A stretch of DNA of 64,000 bases from Acidobacteria bacterium bin61 (GTDB lineage: Bacteria; Acidobacteriota; Vicinamibacteria; Marinacidobacterales; SMYC01), in assembly GCA_963578475.1 (NCBI GenBank), contig CAUZCL010000003.1, positions 27,027 through 91,026 of the forward strand, given 5' to 3'. The stretch's first letter is position 1; every line of letters begins with the position of its first letter. Shown here in pieces: positions 30,439 to 41,569 of the stretch. Both the position numbers and the translations under genes were made by a program. The notes below the pieces were generated by a model, which saw only the letters and a list, made by a program, of their open reading frames with translations, did not search any database and was not told where the DNA came from.

Positions 30439-31083
30439 TTGCCCAATCAAGGCTTGACTTCACCCTCCAAGACCTGTGTTTTTGAAACGTTCTCGAGATG
30501 TACGGGGAGAAAAGGCTCTCTCTTGCCATTTGACGACAACTTGAAGCCCAATGCAGGCCCTGTCGACTCGGAGTATTTTCGCGTGCTCGCCGAGAACTCC
30601 TCCGAGCGGATCTCGACCCTAGACCCCGACGGCACGATCCTGTTCATCAATCACGCGTTAGCCGATCTTTCGATCGAAGAAGTCATCGGCACCAACATCA
30701 TGAGCTACGTCGAAGAGCATGAGCGTGCGGCGTACGTGGAAGCTCTCGACGACGTTTACTCGAACGGTGTCATCCGCTCCCTAGGGCTGTCAGCAGCCCG
30801 GGGGAGTTGGCTCACGAGGCTCATCCCTATCAAAATTGACGATTTCGTTGAGACGGTTCTCGTCATAGCGACCGATCTGAGTGAGCGCGACGCGGTCCTA
30901 CTCGACATGACGATGCCACGGATGAGCGGAGAGCAAACGTTGGCCAGGCTCCGCCGCATGCGGCCCCAGGCGAAGGTTCTGCTCACGAGCGGCCATAGCG
31001 AACAAACAAGAGGTTTTCACGGACATTCGCGGGCAAGAAAGCCTCGGCTTTCCTTCAAAAGCCGTTTCGCGCCTCAGAACTGA
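30439..31083 (+). pseudogene. PAS-domain fragment fused to the C-terminal third of a response-regulator receiver domain (chimeric remnant)
   Basis: VDSEYFRVLAENSSERISTLDPDGTILFINHALADLSIEEVIGTNIMSYV (PAS fold) followed by VLLDMTMPRMSGEQTLARLRRMRPQAKVLLTSGHSE (REC beta3-alpha5 region without the phospho-acceptor Asp segment). Confidence 0.45.
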
Positions 31084-31454
31084 TCGACAGAATCCAGCAA
31101 GTGGTGAACCCGCGTCCCTGAGTCAAGCCGCCGGCCGCCTCGCAGCAGCGAAGCACTGAGCAAAAGGAAGTATTCAAAGCTCTCCCAGATATGCAGCTGA
31201 GGCATGAGCGGCTCGCTCGAGGCGGGCGTCCGGAGCGACGTCGAGCTCACGCAACATGGCGCCCAATGCCGGCGGTGCTCGAGCTCTTCACTCTCGATTT
31301 GCTGGATCTCTACGACTTCTAGAGCGTCTCGGAGCGAGCGCCAGTGCCCGCGATAGGCACGAGCAGCCCCGAGCTCCCCCGCATGCGCGTTCTTCAACAC
31401 CGCCACGAGAGCGATATGGGCCGAATCCCGGTCAAGCGTCACGAAAGGTCTCAT
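31074..31454 (-). CDS. Ferritin-like di-iron domain protein (COQ7/MiaE-like), probably degraded at the C-terminus
   Basis: NAHAGELGAARAYRGHWRSL...IESEELEHRRHW resembles the ExxH di-iron helices of the COQ7/ferritin-like superfamily. The last about 60 residues are low-complexity. Confidence 0.3.
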   Translation of the reverse strand: MRPFVTLDRDSAHIALVAVLKNAHAGELGAARAYRGHWRSLRDALEVVEIQQIESEELEHRRHWAPCCVSSTSLRTPASSEPLMPQLHIWESFEYFLLLSASLLRGGRRLDSGTRVHHLLDSVDQF

Positions 31455-31656
31455 CGCCCGGACTCCTCACAAATCATTATTCGAAGAACGAGGCTCCTTC
31501 GCCAGGGGTTTCAAGAGTGCAACGAAAGGGTTCGATCACTGCGCTGTGCTACGATCCCGAGACCGGAGGTGAGATGCGCAATGTCTTCTATTTGAACGAG
31601 ATCGCCCCGCCGCCAGACCGCTTCGGTTTGGACCAAGGCGGACAGGAGCTCGAATA

Positions 31657-33357
31657 GTGTCCAAAGAAACCTCCGACAAAGCACCTTCGCTCGATTTCAT
31701 CCGAACAATCATCTCGGAAGACATCGCAAACGGGAAGAATGATGGCCGCGTCGCCACGCGTTTTCCTCCCGAGCCGAACGGCTATCTGCACATCGGCCAC
31801 GCCAAATCGATCTGCCTCAATTTCGGGGTTGCTGAAGAATATGGCGGGACGTGCAACTTGCGGTTCGACGATACGAACCCGGCGAAAGAAGACGTGGAAT
31901 ATGTCGATGCTATAAAGGAGGACGTCCGCTGGCTCGGTTTCGACTGGGACGAGCGGCTGTATTTTGCCTCCGACTACTTCGAGAAGATCTATGACTGCGC
32001 CGTCAAGCTCATCCGGAATGGCAACGCTTATGTCGACAGCCTGAGCGCTGAGGAAATCCGTGAATATCGCGGTACGCTGACAGAGCCGGGTAAAAACAGC
32101 CCGTACCGCGAACGTTCCGTCGAAGAGAACCTCGACCTATTCAAGGGAATGCGCGCCGGCGATTTCGCGGACGGAACCCACGTCCTGCGAGCGAAGATCG
32201 ACATGGCCTCGGGCAATGTGAACCTGCGCGATCCGACGCTTTATCGGATCCGGAAAGTAGCGCATCATCGCACCTGCGACCAGTGGAGCATCTACCCGAT
32301 GTATGACTTCACCCACGCCGTCTCGGACGCCTTCGAGAAGATCACGCACTCACTTTGCACGCTCGAGTTCGAGGATCACCGCCCGCTCTACAATTGGTCG
32401 GTCAAAGAGACCGGCGTCGCGTTCAAACCTCGGCAAATCGAGTTTGCCCGTTTGAACTTGAGCTACACGATTCTCAGCAAGCGCAAGCTTCTGTGCCTCG
32501 TGCAAGATGGCCACGTCAGCGGATGGGACGACCCCCGGATGCCGACGCTCTGCGGATTGAGGCGGCGCGGCTACACGCCAGAATCCCTCCGAACCTTTTG
32601 CGCACGGATCGGGCTCGCGAAGCGCGACAGCCTCGTGGACGTCGCGCAGCTCGAGCACGCGGTTCGCGAGGACTTGAACGCCCTCGCCCCTCGCGTGATG
32701 GGTGTCCTCCATCCCCTCCGCGTCGTGCTCGAGAACTACCCTGAAGGCGAAGTGGACGAGCTCGACGCGGTGAACAACCCCGAGGACGAGAGCGCCGGGA
32801 CGCGCAAAGTACCGTTCTCGCGGGTTCTGTATATCGAGCGCGCGGACTTCATGGAGGATCCTCCGAAGAAGTTCTTCCGGCTCGCTCCTGGCTGCGAGGT
32901 CCGGCTTCGCTACGCTTATCTCATCACGTGCACCGATGTCGTCAAGAACGACGCGGGCGAAATCGTGGAACTTCGCTGCACTTATGATCCCGAAACGCGC
33001 GGCGGGACGCCGCCCGACGGGCGCCGCGTGCGCGGCACGCTCCACTGGGTCTCCGCCGATCACGCACTCGATGTCGAGCTGCGCCTCTACGATCGGCTCT
33101 TCTCGCGCGAGAAGCCCGACGACGTGGAAGAAGGTCAGGACTTCACCGCGAGCTTGAATCCCAATTCACTCGAGATCCTCGAAAGCGCCAAGCTCGAGCC
33201 AAGCGTGGCCGATGCCGCGCCCGGCACGCGTTACCAGTTCGAGCGGCAGGGTTATTTCATCGTCGACTCGGACGCGTCGGCCGACAAGCTCGTCTTCAAC
33301 CGTACGGTCTCGCTCAAGGATGCTTGGGCGAGGATCACGGCTCGTGGGTCGAAGTAG
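31657..33357 (+). CDS. glnS: Glutaminyl-tRNA synthetase
   Basis: 566 aa; class-I HIGH motif ([14 protein letters not shown]) and KMSKS-like ILSKRKL. GlnRS-specific N-terminal region. Confidence 0.92.
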   Translation: MSKETSDKAPSLDFIRTIISEDIANGKNDGRVATRFPPEPNGYLHIGHAKSICLNFGVAEEYGGTCNLRFDDTNPAKEDVEYVDAIKEDVRWLGFDWDERLYFASDYFEKIYDCAVKLIRNGNAYVDSLSAEEIREYRGTLTEPGKNSPYRERSVEENLDLFKGMRAGDFADGTHVLRAKIDMASGNVNLRDPTLYRIRKVAHHRTCDQWSIYPMYDFTHAVSDAFEKITHSLCTLEFEDHRPLYNWSVKETGVAFKPRQIEFARLNLSYTILSKRKLLCLVQDGHVSGWDDPRMPTLCGLRRRGYTPESLRTFCARIGLAKRDSLVDVAQLEHAVREDLNALAPRVMGVLHPLRVVLENYPEGEVDELDAVNNPEDESAGTRKVPFSRVLYIERADFMEDPPKKFFRLAPGCEVRLRYAYLITCTDVVKNDAGEIVELRCTYDPETRGGTPPDGRRVRGTLHWVSADHALDVELRLYDRLFSREKPDDVEEGQDFTASLNPNSLEILESAKLEPSVADAAPGTRYQFERQGYFIVDSDASADKLVFNRTVSLKDAWARITARGSK

Positions 33358-33507
33358 CTACTTTCGGCTTTCTGCTCCGGCTACGTTTCTTGGTTTTCAC
33401 GGTTTCCGTTTTGTGAGTCAATATTAAAAAAACGTAGCGGAAAGATGATGGCGACACGGATCGTGGGAGTGTTATTCTCCGACAGCCCTCTTCCGAAAGG
33501 AGCCTGT

Positions 33508-35169
33508 ATGACGATTCCAGCCCTTCGCCTTGCTCTCATATTGAGTCTCGTCGCCTCGACTGCGCTCGCGGGTGACCGCCCGGCCAAAGGCGCGACGCTC
33601 GGCCGCTCGCCCGTGCTCGCCACGCACGGGATGGTGGCTACCAGCCAGCCGCTCGCGGCAGCCGCGGGGCTCCGGGTGCTCCAGGAGGGCGGCAACGCAA
33701 TTGACGCCGCCATCGCTACAGCCGCGGTGCTGAACGTCGTTGAGCCGATGATGTGCGGGATTGGCGGCGATCTCTTCGCGCTCGTCTATCACGCCGAGTC
33801 CCAAAAGCTCTACGGGCTGAACGGGACCGGGCGCGCCGGCTCCCTCGCCACCGCGGAAAAGATGCGCCAAGACGGCTACGAGCGCATGCCCAGCTCTGGA
33901 ATCTATGCGGTCACCGTTCCGGGAGCGCTCGACGGCTGGGAGCAGCTACGCTCGCGCTTCAGCAGCAAAAGCCTCGCGGAGCTCTTGGAGCCCGCCATCG
34001 GCTACGCTGAGAATGGGTTTCCCGTCTCCCAAATCATTGCCACCGACTGGAAAGTGGCCGAAGAGAAACTTGCACGCCATCCGGCGGCCGCCGCGAATTA
34101 CCTCATCGGCGGACGCGCGCCACGGCACGGTGAGCTATTCAAATCGCCCGACCTCGCCAAGACGTTCCGCATCATCGCGGACGAAGGACCGGACGCCTTT
34201 TACCGCGGGACCATCGCCCGAAAGATTACCGAGTTCATCATGAGTGAAGGTGGCTTCGTCACCTATGACGACATGGCTGGCCACTCCTCGACTTGGGTCG
34301 ACCCGATCTCGACGACATATAAAGACGCGACCATTTATCAAATCCCGCCGAACTCTCAAGGCTATGTCGCACTCGAAATGCTCAACATTCTCGAAAGCTT
34401 CGACGTCGCGTCGCTCGAGCATAATTCCGCAGAATATCTACACCTCCTCATCGAAGCGAAGAAGCTCGCTTTCGCGGACAGAAACGCCTATCTCGCGGAC
34501 CCCGACAAAGCCGACGTGCCGCTCGACAAGTTGCTGTCGAAGCAATACGCGTCGGAGCGGGCAAAGCTGATCGACCGCGAGCGCGCGGCCGGCGAAGTTC
34601 GTCCCGGTATGATCGACCCGACCGAAACCGTTTACTTGACGGTCGTCGACGAGGATCGCAACGTCGTGTCGCTCATCTACAGCGTCTTTTCGGCCTTCGG
34701 CTCCGGGCTCGTCGTTCCAGGCACAGGCATCGCGCTTCAAAACCGTGGTACCGGATTCTCTCTCGAGCCCGGCCATCCGAACGAGCTCGCGCCGGGAAAG
34801 CGCGCGCTTCACACGAACATGCCGGGAATGGTTTTCAAAGACGGCAAACCGTGGTTGAGCTACGGGGTGATGGGCGGCGACATGCAGCCACAGGGCCATA
34901 CCCAGGTGCTCTTGAACATGATCGAGTTCGGGATGAATGTCCAGGAGGCAGGCGAGATGGCGCGCTTTCGCCATTTCTCCGATCGCGCAGTCGGCTTCGA
35001 GTCCGGCATCGGCATCGAAGTTCTTCAGGCGCTCATCGAAAAAGGACACCGACCACGAATCTCGATGGGCGCCTATGGGGGCTATCAAGCCATCATGATC
35101 GACTGGGAGCAAGGTGTTTTGCTCGGCGGATCAGATCTGCGCAAAGACGGCGCAGCCATGGGCTACTGA
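33508..35169 (+). CDS. Gamma-glutamyltransferase family protein (second paralog, secreted)
   Basis: Start at MTIPALRLALILSLVASTALA signal. MCGIGGDLFALVY and small-subunit motifs YGVMGGDMQPQGHTQVLLNM. Confidence 0.85.
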   Translation: MTIPALRLALILSLVASTALAGDRPAKGATLGRSPVLATHGMVATSQPLAAAAGLRVLQEGGNAIDAAIATAAVLNVVEPMMCGIGGDLFALVYHAESQKLYGLNGTGRAGSLATAEKMRQDGYERMPSSGIYAVTVPGALDGWEQLRSRFSSKSLAELLEPAIGYAENGFPVSQIIATDWKVAEEKLARHPAAAANYLIGGRAPRHGELFKSPDLAKTFRIIADEGPDAFYRGTIARKITEFIMSEGGFVTYDDMAGHSSTWVDPISTTYKDATIYQIPPNSQGYVALEMLNILESFDVASLEHNSAEYLHLLIEAKKLAFADRNAYLADPDKADVPLDKLLSKQYASERAKLIDRERAAGEVRPGMIDPTETVYLTVVDEDRNVVSLIYSVFSAFGSGLVVPGTGIALQNRGTGFSLEPGHPNELAPGKRALHTNMPGMVFKDGKPWLSYGVMGGDMQPQGHTQVLLNMIEFGMNVQEAGEMARFRHFSDRAVGFESGIGIEVLQALIEKGHRPRISMGAYGGYQAIMIDWEQGVLLGGSDLRKDGAAMGY

Positions 35170-35177
35170 TTAACTGA

Positions 35178-36172
35178 TTAGCTGACTTGCGGGCGGGAGA
35201 AGGACGTCTCTTCCAAAAACCCGTCGGACGCGCTCGTTGTTTTGAAAAATCCTCTCGCGAGCAGCGAGTGGATATGCCGGAGCACCTGGAAGTCGGTCAG
35301 CTCTGACTCTTCCATGACGCGGACGATCGTCTGATAGCGGATGAGATATTCGTAAATCTCGAGCTCATCGGTGTTGAGTGCGCTGACGGCGAGGTCGCAA
35401 GCGTCGTTGAGCCCGATCTCGTAAACGAGTGGCGGGGGCTTCGAGGTCAGCCGCTCGAGGGCTTCAATTTGCTGCATGGCCTCCAGAATGAGTGTCTCCG
35501 TCTGACCTGCGATCGTCGTTGGTACGGTCGCATCTGTGGGGAACTCGAAGATCTCGTAGCGGCCTTTCTGTATCCCGAGGATGCGGTGAAGCGCTTTCTC
35601 TTTGCGCACGTTTCCGGCCTGACAGTGCACGATCTGACCGTCTCTGAGATAGATTCGGCCGTCGCCGCTTTGATTCCGTATGACGATCATTCCCGTCATC
35701 CCGTGAGTGGCGAGCTGTATCAGCAAATCGGGTAGCGTCGTGTCGATGCGCTCCGGAGACACCGTTAGGTGTGTTGCGGACACGGCGCTTTGATACGGAA
35801 GGATATTCCCGACCGGTCCCGATACGAAACGGGCTGGCCAGCTTGGTTTCTCGCCGACGGGGCTTGAGCGTAACGTTCAGCTGGAAGCTCCCGACCCGGA
35901 TGCGGTCGCCGGTCACGAGAGGTTGCCGGCTCACAGGTGCGTCATTCACGTAGGTGCCGTTGGTGCTCCCCATATCGCGAATGAGCAGCTCGCCCCCCCC
36001 TCGTTAAGAATCTCGAAGTGATAATTCGACACTCAGTTCGAGCGAAGCTGGATATCGTTCGTATGATGGTGCCCAATCGCAACCCGAAACGTCTCCTTGA
36101 GATCGAAGCTATGGCCCTGACGATCGGTAGCTAACTGCAGCACCATCTCGTGAAGCGGCAAGTCGTTCTTAG
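35178..36172 (-). pseudogene. FHA-domain / DUF4388-domain protein with an in-frame TGA, a frameshift in a C8/G8 homopolymer, and a second frame change at the domain junction
   Basis: MDHAKNDLPL...FRVAIGHHHTNDIQLRSN-TGA-VSNYHFEILNEGG, then (after the G8 run at 35993-36000, minus strand) ELLIRDMGSTNGTYVNDAPVSRQPLVTGDRIRVGSFQL (FHA). The DUF4388 domain (LPDLLIQLATHGMTGMIVIR...) follows in the 35178-35783 frame. Confidence 0.55.
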
Positions 36173-36311
36173 CATGGTCCATAGACGGGAGAGCCCCACG
36201 CATTTAAAGCAAGTGTGATGCCAACTAGCTATCCGTCAGGGAACAAAGAACTTTTACCGACGCACGACTTTTGAGTCGTGGGGATTCACCCTCGACCGGC
36301 GCTGCATTCTG

Positions 36312-37420
36312 TTATGCAAGCCGCGCCAACCCAAAGAACGGATTGGGAGGGGCCTCGCCCAATACGACCTCGGCAACATGCTCCCCCAGGGCCGGTCCGT
36401 GCTTGTAACCATGCCCTGAACCCCCGCCGACCACCCAGACGTTATCCGCATCCGGATGACGGTCGATAATGAAGTTATGGTCGGTGCTGTTCTCGTATTG
36501 ACACACACGTGCTTCTACGAGCGGGGCGCCCTTCATGCCGGGAAAGCGAAACTCCATATAGTCGCGCGCCGCGGCGATAGATTCCTCCCGCGGGAGGCGC
36601 TCCATCGTCGTCGGATCCACCGGCTCGCCGTTCGTATCATCCGCGATTTTGAACCCGCGCCAATTACTGCCGGGAATGCCGTAATAAAGCCGCGCGCCGT
36701 TATCGATCCAGATGGGGCAAACCCCTTCGAGGTAACGCGTATCCCCGAGAGGTGTCCCGAAATAGTAAATCTCTTGCCGCGTCGGCGTGATGAACGTCTC
36801 GCCGAGCTCGGGAAAAAGACCACCGAGCCAAGGGCCGCAAGCAAAAACGTAGTTGTCCGCACTCAACGTCTCGCCGTTGGAGAGAACAACGCCTTTTCCA
36901 CTGCGCTTCACGGCGCTGTGAACATAGGTGCCGCCGAGCTCGATGAACGCCTCGAGCACGGCTTGGCACCCGCGCCGAGCGAGAAGATAGCCGACGTCCT
37001 CTTCGTAGATCGCCCGTTGAACGCCGTCGAAATTTATCTGCGGGAAGCGTCGGGAGGCTTCGCTCACGCTCAGCTCTTCGAAGACAACACCACCTTTTTC
37101 AGAACCTGGACCGCGGCTCGCTCATAGGCATCGTCCGCGCCCGCCATCCAAAGACCGCCCGTTCGACGGTAGAGCTTGATGTCCCATCGCTTCTCGTACT
37201 CTTTCCAGAGCTCGAGCGAGCGCACAACAAAGCGCGTGTAGATCTCGTCGGCACCATAGGTCGCGCGGATAACGCGGCTCTCACCGCCCGAGCTCGATCG
37301 CGAATGCCCCGGCCCCCACGCATCGACGAGCGTTACCGAAACACCTTTGAGCAACAGGTGAAGCGCCGTCCAGCCCCCGAAGGCACCGGCGCCAACAACG
37401 ACTGCAGTAGATTGCGTCAT
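36312..37420 (-). pseudogene. FAD-dependent oxidoreductase of the sarcosine oxidase/MSOX/DAO family, split by a 1-nt frameshift at about 37093-37095
   Basis: 37070-37420 encodes the dinucleotide-binding N-terminus (AVVVGAGAFGGWTAL). 36312-37067 encodes the rest (FEELSVSEASRRFPQ...VVGGGSGHGYKHGPALGE). Restoring one G in AAAAAGG(G)TGG joins them. Confidence 0.6.
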
Positions 37421-39489
37421 GGCTCAGTCGACACCCCCATCCCTTTACGATGCTGTCCAAACCAATCCAGGATATAGAGCTGCGTTCGGATGAAGTTCGA
37501 CGGCATCGAGCTCGTTCCGTGAAATTCCTTGTTGAAGCGAAGGAGCGCGGTCTCGACGCCGAGAATCTTGAGCGCTTGGTAATACTCCTCGGTCTGGCTC
37601 ATCGGCGTGCGCAAATCGAGTTCGCCCGTCATTAGAAGGGTGGGCGTCGTGACATTCCCGACATACATGAGCGGCGAATGTTCGAGATATTTTTCGGCGT
37701 TGTCCCAAGGGTAACCGTTGAATCGGTAATAGCCCCAAAGGGTGATGTCGGCTGTTCCCGCGAAGCTCATCCAGTTCACGACGGGACAGCGCACCGCCGC
37801 CGCGGCAAAGCGATCCGTCTGGCCAATCGCCCAGCTCGACAGCACGCCACCCCCGCTACAGCCTGTGACGTAGAGCCGGTCCGCGTCTATGTAGCCTTTT
37901 TCCAGAACGTGATCGACCCCCGCCATGAGATCCTCGTGGTCAACGCTTGGATAGCCGTTGTCGATGGCGTTTCCGAAGTCGGTACCATATCCCGTGCTTC
38001 CGCGCGGGTTCGTGTACAGAAGCACGTAGTCGTTCGCGGCGTAGTTCTGAAACGAATTGTTGAAGCCGACGTTGTACATGCCGTGGGGTCCCCCATGGAT
38101 TTGGAGAATCAACGGGTAGCGTTTCGAGCTGTCGTAGCGCGGCGGTTTCACGATCCAACCCTGGATGCGCGCGGCATCCTCAGTAGAGGATTCATACCAA
38201 ATCTCTTCGACTTCGCCGAGCTCGACGCCCGCGAGCACGTCGTCGTTCACATGCGTCAGCCGTTTCATCTCGCTCGGGCGCGACATCGAGAAGGCCACGA
38301 CATCGGGCGGAACGTGAAATGAAGACCGGATGGCCACGGCCGTCCCATTCTCGGCAACGGAGCCGAGTGTGAGCATGTGCTCTCCATCCGTGAGCTGTTT
38401 CAACCCGCCATTGAGCGACGCAGAGTGCACGTTGCGAGCGCCGCGATCGTCGGCCATAAAGTAGACGGCGCTGCCGTCGGCAGACCAGACGAGCCCACGC
38501 ACGTCTCGGTCGAGCTCGGAGCAAATGTTCCGCATCGCGGTGCCATCGATATTCACGACATAGAGGTCGCTCACGCGATACGTCTGTGCGGTCCAGTCAT
38601 AGCCGGAGAACGCGACCGTCTTGCCGTCGGGCGAGACGACGGGCGAGGTCCATGGACCTCGCTTCGACGTAATGGCCGCGATGTCGCCCGAGACGATGTC
38701 GACGCGGTAGATATGGGACTCGCGATATTTCACATCCGCGTCGTCCTCCATCGCGCCGTCGAAAACGAGCGCTTTGCCATCGGGCGTCCAGTCGATGCCG
38801 GCGCCGTAATCGAGTCCGACCGCACCTCGCGAGCCCACGTGCCACTTCCCTTCCGTGAGCTGGCGCGGCGAGCCACCATCGGCGGGAACGAGGAAAAGGT
38901 GCCGATAGCCTTCCTCGAGAAAGCCGACGCGGTCTTGGCGAAAGTGCATGTTGCGGACGATGCGAGGCGTCTTGGTCCAATCGGCCCCTTCCGGCGGAGA
39001 GGGCATGGAAGGCAGGTCCCACGTCTCTTTCGCGGGAACGATCATCGTGAAGGCAATGCGGGTGCCGTCCGGCGACCAGTGCAGATCCCGCGGCGTTGTC
39101 GTGACATGCGTTACCTGCGACGTCGCGCCTTCCGCGTCCATCCACCGCACGAGTATCTGCTTCCCTTTGGGCTCGCCATCGGCCAAGTAAGCGAGACGCG
39201 TTCCGTCCGGGGACCAGCGCGGGCTCGAGCCATTGACGAGGAACCGGTTGCGCGTTCCGTCGGTGCCTACCATCCAGAGCTCTGAATCCCAGCGATCGTC
39301 GATCCGGTTCACCATCGACCGCGTATAGACCGTGCGTTTGCCGTCGGGTGAGATCTGGGGGTCGCGGACGCGCTCCCAATCGAGAATATGGTCTGCCGTG
39401 AGGCGGCCTTTACTGGCCGTTTCCTGCGCAGCAGAGGATGAGGCCAAGAAAATGCTCGCAAGCAGCCAGTACGTCGATCGACGAGTCAT
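37417..39489 (-). CDS. S9-family serine peptidase (prolyl oligopeptidase/acylaminoacyl-peptidase type) with N-terminal beta-propeller
   Basis: Internal ATG at 39489 gives the signal MTRRSTYWLLASIFLASSSAAQ. Repeated WSPDG propeller motifs. Catalytic GCSGGG (GxSxG) and C-terminal Asp/His region. The upstream in-frame extension is read-through from the NPP pseudogene. Confidence 0.85.
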   Translation of the reverse strand: MTRRSTYWLLASIFLASSSAAQETASKGRLTADHILDWERVRDPQISPDGKRTVYTRSMVNRIDDRWDSELWMVGTDGTRNRFLVNGSSPRWSPDGTRLAYLADGEPKGKQILVRWMDAEGATSQVTHVTTTPRDLHWSPDGTRIAFTMIVPAKETWDLPSMPSPPEGADWTKTPRIVRNMHFRQDRVGFLEEGYRHLFLVPADGGSPRQLTEGKWHVGSRGAVGLDYGAGIDWTPDGKALVFDGAMEDDADVKYRESHIYRVDIVSGDIAAITSKRGPWTSPVVSPDGKTVAFSGYDWTAQTYRVSDLYVVNIDGTAMRNICSELDRDVRGLVWSADGSAVYFMADDRGARNVHSASLNGGLKQLTDGEHMLTLGSVAENGTAVAIRSSFHVPPDVVAFSMSRPSEMKRLTHVNDDVLAGVELGEVEEIWYESSTEDAARIQGWIVKPPRYDSSKRYPLILQIHGGPHGMYNVGFNNSFQNYAANDYVLLYTNPRGSTGYGTDFGNAIDNGYPSVDHEDLMAGVDHVLEKGYIDADRLYVTGCSGGGVLSSWAIGQTDRFAAAAVRCPVVNWMSFAGTADITLWGYYRFNGYPWDNAEKYLEHSPLMYVGNVTTPTLLMTGELDLRTPMSQTEEYYQALKILGVETALLRFNKEFHGTSSMPSNFIRTQLYILDWFGQHRKGMGVSTEP

Positions 39490-39539
39490 GAGCTCCTCCT
39501 TTGATCGTGGTGCGAGTGTAAGCGCGAATATCGCCGAGA

Positions 39540-40966
39540 TCAACGCTGGCTTTCGAGCTGTGCCAACGGGCCGGCGTAAGCGGTAAAGTCGATGTGGTGA
39601 GTCACCGCGTCCTCGACCTCGCTCCTTTGGAGAATCTCCGTCATTACAACGCCTGTCGCGCTCGGAAGATTGAGCCCGAGTAGGTGCGCGATGGCCGGAG
39701 CGACGTCGAGGTTCCGAACGTGACCGACCCGCTGGCCGCGCGATTCCCACACCCGAGGCGACGAAGGCCGGGTACATGCGGGGATGGGACGGCAGGTACC
39801 CGTGCCCGTGATAGGCCGTTGCCCGAGGCCGACGCTCGGTGGACGAGCTCTCCGCGTCCGCGACCGGGAAAGTCTCGATATCGCCGACGATCGCGTATTG
39901 GCCTTGGACGTGCGGGTCTTCCTCGTAGCGCGGGAAGCCGAGGTCGTGAAAATCCTGGGGTCGAAGGATGCGCGCGACACCGCGCAGACTGAGCGCCTCT
40001 TCGAACACGCGCTCGAGCACCGCTTCGTCGCGCGCGAGATCCGCGGCTTCAACGTACAGGGACCAGCCCGATCGCATGAGGCGTACACGGTCGGCAAGCC
40101 CGTATGTTGGAAGAGTGGATGCAGATTCACTTCGTGGCGCACGGTGTGGAAGCCGTGATCGGAAACGATGAAAAACGTTGTTTTGTCGGAGAGCCCTGCC
40201 TCGTCAACCGCCCGCATCAGGATGCCGACGGCGTTGTCCGCGGCGGTGATCGCCTCTTTCGACCGGTAGTGGTCGGGTCCGTACGCGTGTTGGATCTCGT
40301 CGGTGACAAGGAAGTGAATCGCGAGAAGCTGCGGCCGGTAGCGTTCGAGCACATAGGCTGCCGCGTCGGCGAGGATGGCATCCGCGACGCCTTTGCGATT
40401 CCGATCCATGTACCACGCGTAGTAAAGTCGATCGGGATGCCAGCTTTCCTCAGCTCTTCGAGAAAAGCAGGGTCCGCCGCCTTCGGGTCAGCCGTGTCTC
40501 CGTCGAAGACTTCGGGAATGTTGTAGTCGATCGAAGGGTCTTGATAGTTCTCGGGCCAATAGAAAGCGGCCGTTATCAACCCTTTTTGCTTCTCCGCATT
40601 GAAAATAGTGGGAACGCGCACGGATTCCGTGTGCGGCTTGTTGGTGAAGTGAAAGCGCTCGCCCGTCTCTCGGTTGACGACACGGTTCCCCACCACGCCG
40701 TGCACGCGCGGCATCACACCCGTCACGAGCGTCGTGTGGCTAGGATGCGTCAGGCTCGGATAGACCGTCTCGCTGCTCTTCGCCCAAACGCCGGTCTCGA
40801 TCAGCTTGCGGATGTTCGGAAGCACGAGCTCGCGATCGTCGAGCTGATAGGTCGCGAGCCCGTCGATCGAAACGAGCACGACGTGCTCCGGCTGAGCCCC
40901 GGCGCCGGCCGCGAGCGCCAGGAAAGGAAGTATGAGGTAGCGCCTCACCACGTCGGACTTTAACAT
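39540..40966 (-). pseudogene. Nucleotide pyrophosphatase/phosphodiesterase (alkaline-phosphatase superfamily, NPP-type) with at least 3 frameshifts
   Basis: Consecutive conserved blocks lie in three frames: signal and VVLVSIDGL...THPSHTTLVTG (40217-40966); LLAIHFLVTDEIQHAYGPD...FFIVSDHGF (39540-40409 frame); RATAYHGHGYLPSHP (40077 frame); and GHVRNLDVAPAIAHLLGLNLP...* (back in the 39540 frame). Confidence 0.6.
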
Positions 40967-40972
40967 AGCAGG

Positions 40973-41566
40973 ATGCTCGCGCTCGCCTTACTCCTCGCGG
41001 GGCCTTTGACTCTGGAGGTTCCGATCTATCTCGGCGCCGAGCTCCACGAAGAAACGCTCATGAACGCGCTCCGAGAGACCGCACGCATTTTAGAGCTGGG
41101 CGACATCCAGCTTCGCTTCGACGTCTCCCCGGACCAGTCAACGACCCGCCCGCTCGTAACGGTGAGCGTACAGCCACGGCCGGCTCGCTTCAAAGTGCAT
41201 GGATGCAGCCGCGACCGCCACGACCACCGGCTCGGCCATACTCATCTGCGCTCACGCCGCATTACCCTCTGGTCGGAGCAAGTGGCGCGCGCCGTTGACG
41301 GGAACTGGGACGGCAAAGAGCTCCCCAATGTCAACGAGCACACCTATGCTCGTGCGTTAGGCCGGGTCCTCGCCCATGAGCTCGGCCACTTGCTCCTACG
41401 CCTGAACGGGCATCGCGACCGAGGTCTGATGCGGTCCGCTTTCTCGCATCGAAGCTTGACCGCGCGCGGACGCCGCGCTTTTCGCTTCGCCGAGGAAGAT
41501 CTGCAGGCGATCCGAGAGACGCTTCTGCGAGCACATCTCGCAAGAGCTGACCGTTGCGCACATTAA
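40973..41566 (+). CDS. Hypothetical secreted protein with an HExxH motif (putative zinc-dependent peptidase-like)
   Basis: N-terminal hydrophobic signal MLALALLLAGPLTL. VLAHELGHLLLRLNGHRDRGLM contains HExxH...H. No confident family assignment. Confidence 0.4.
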   Translation: MLALALLLAGPLTLEVPIYLGAELHEETLMNALRETARILELGDIQLRFDVSPDQSTTRPLVTVSVQPRPARFKVHGCSRDRHDHRLGHTHLRSRRITLWSEQVARAVDGNWDGKELPNVNEHTYARALGRVLAHELGHLLLRLNGHRDRGLMRSAFSHRSLTARGRRAFRFAEEDLQAIRETLLRAHLARADRCAH

Positions 41567-41569
41567 GTC

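Noticed and set aside
33358-33444. Rho-independent terminator after glnS
   Set aside because: Only a weak 5-bp inverted repeat (GTAGC...GCTAC) followed by a T-rich stretch. The stem is too short and GC-poor to call confidently.
36456-37127. 223-aa plus-strand ORF; also 38377-39285 (302 aa) and 37678-38322 (214 aa)
   Set aside because: Antisense to the MSOX-like and S9 peptidase genes. No motifs. Artefactual.
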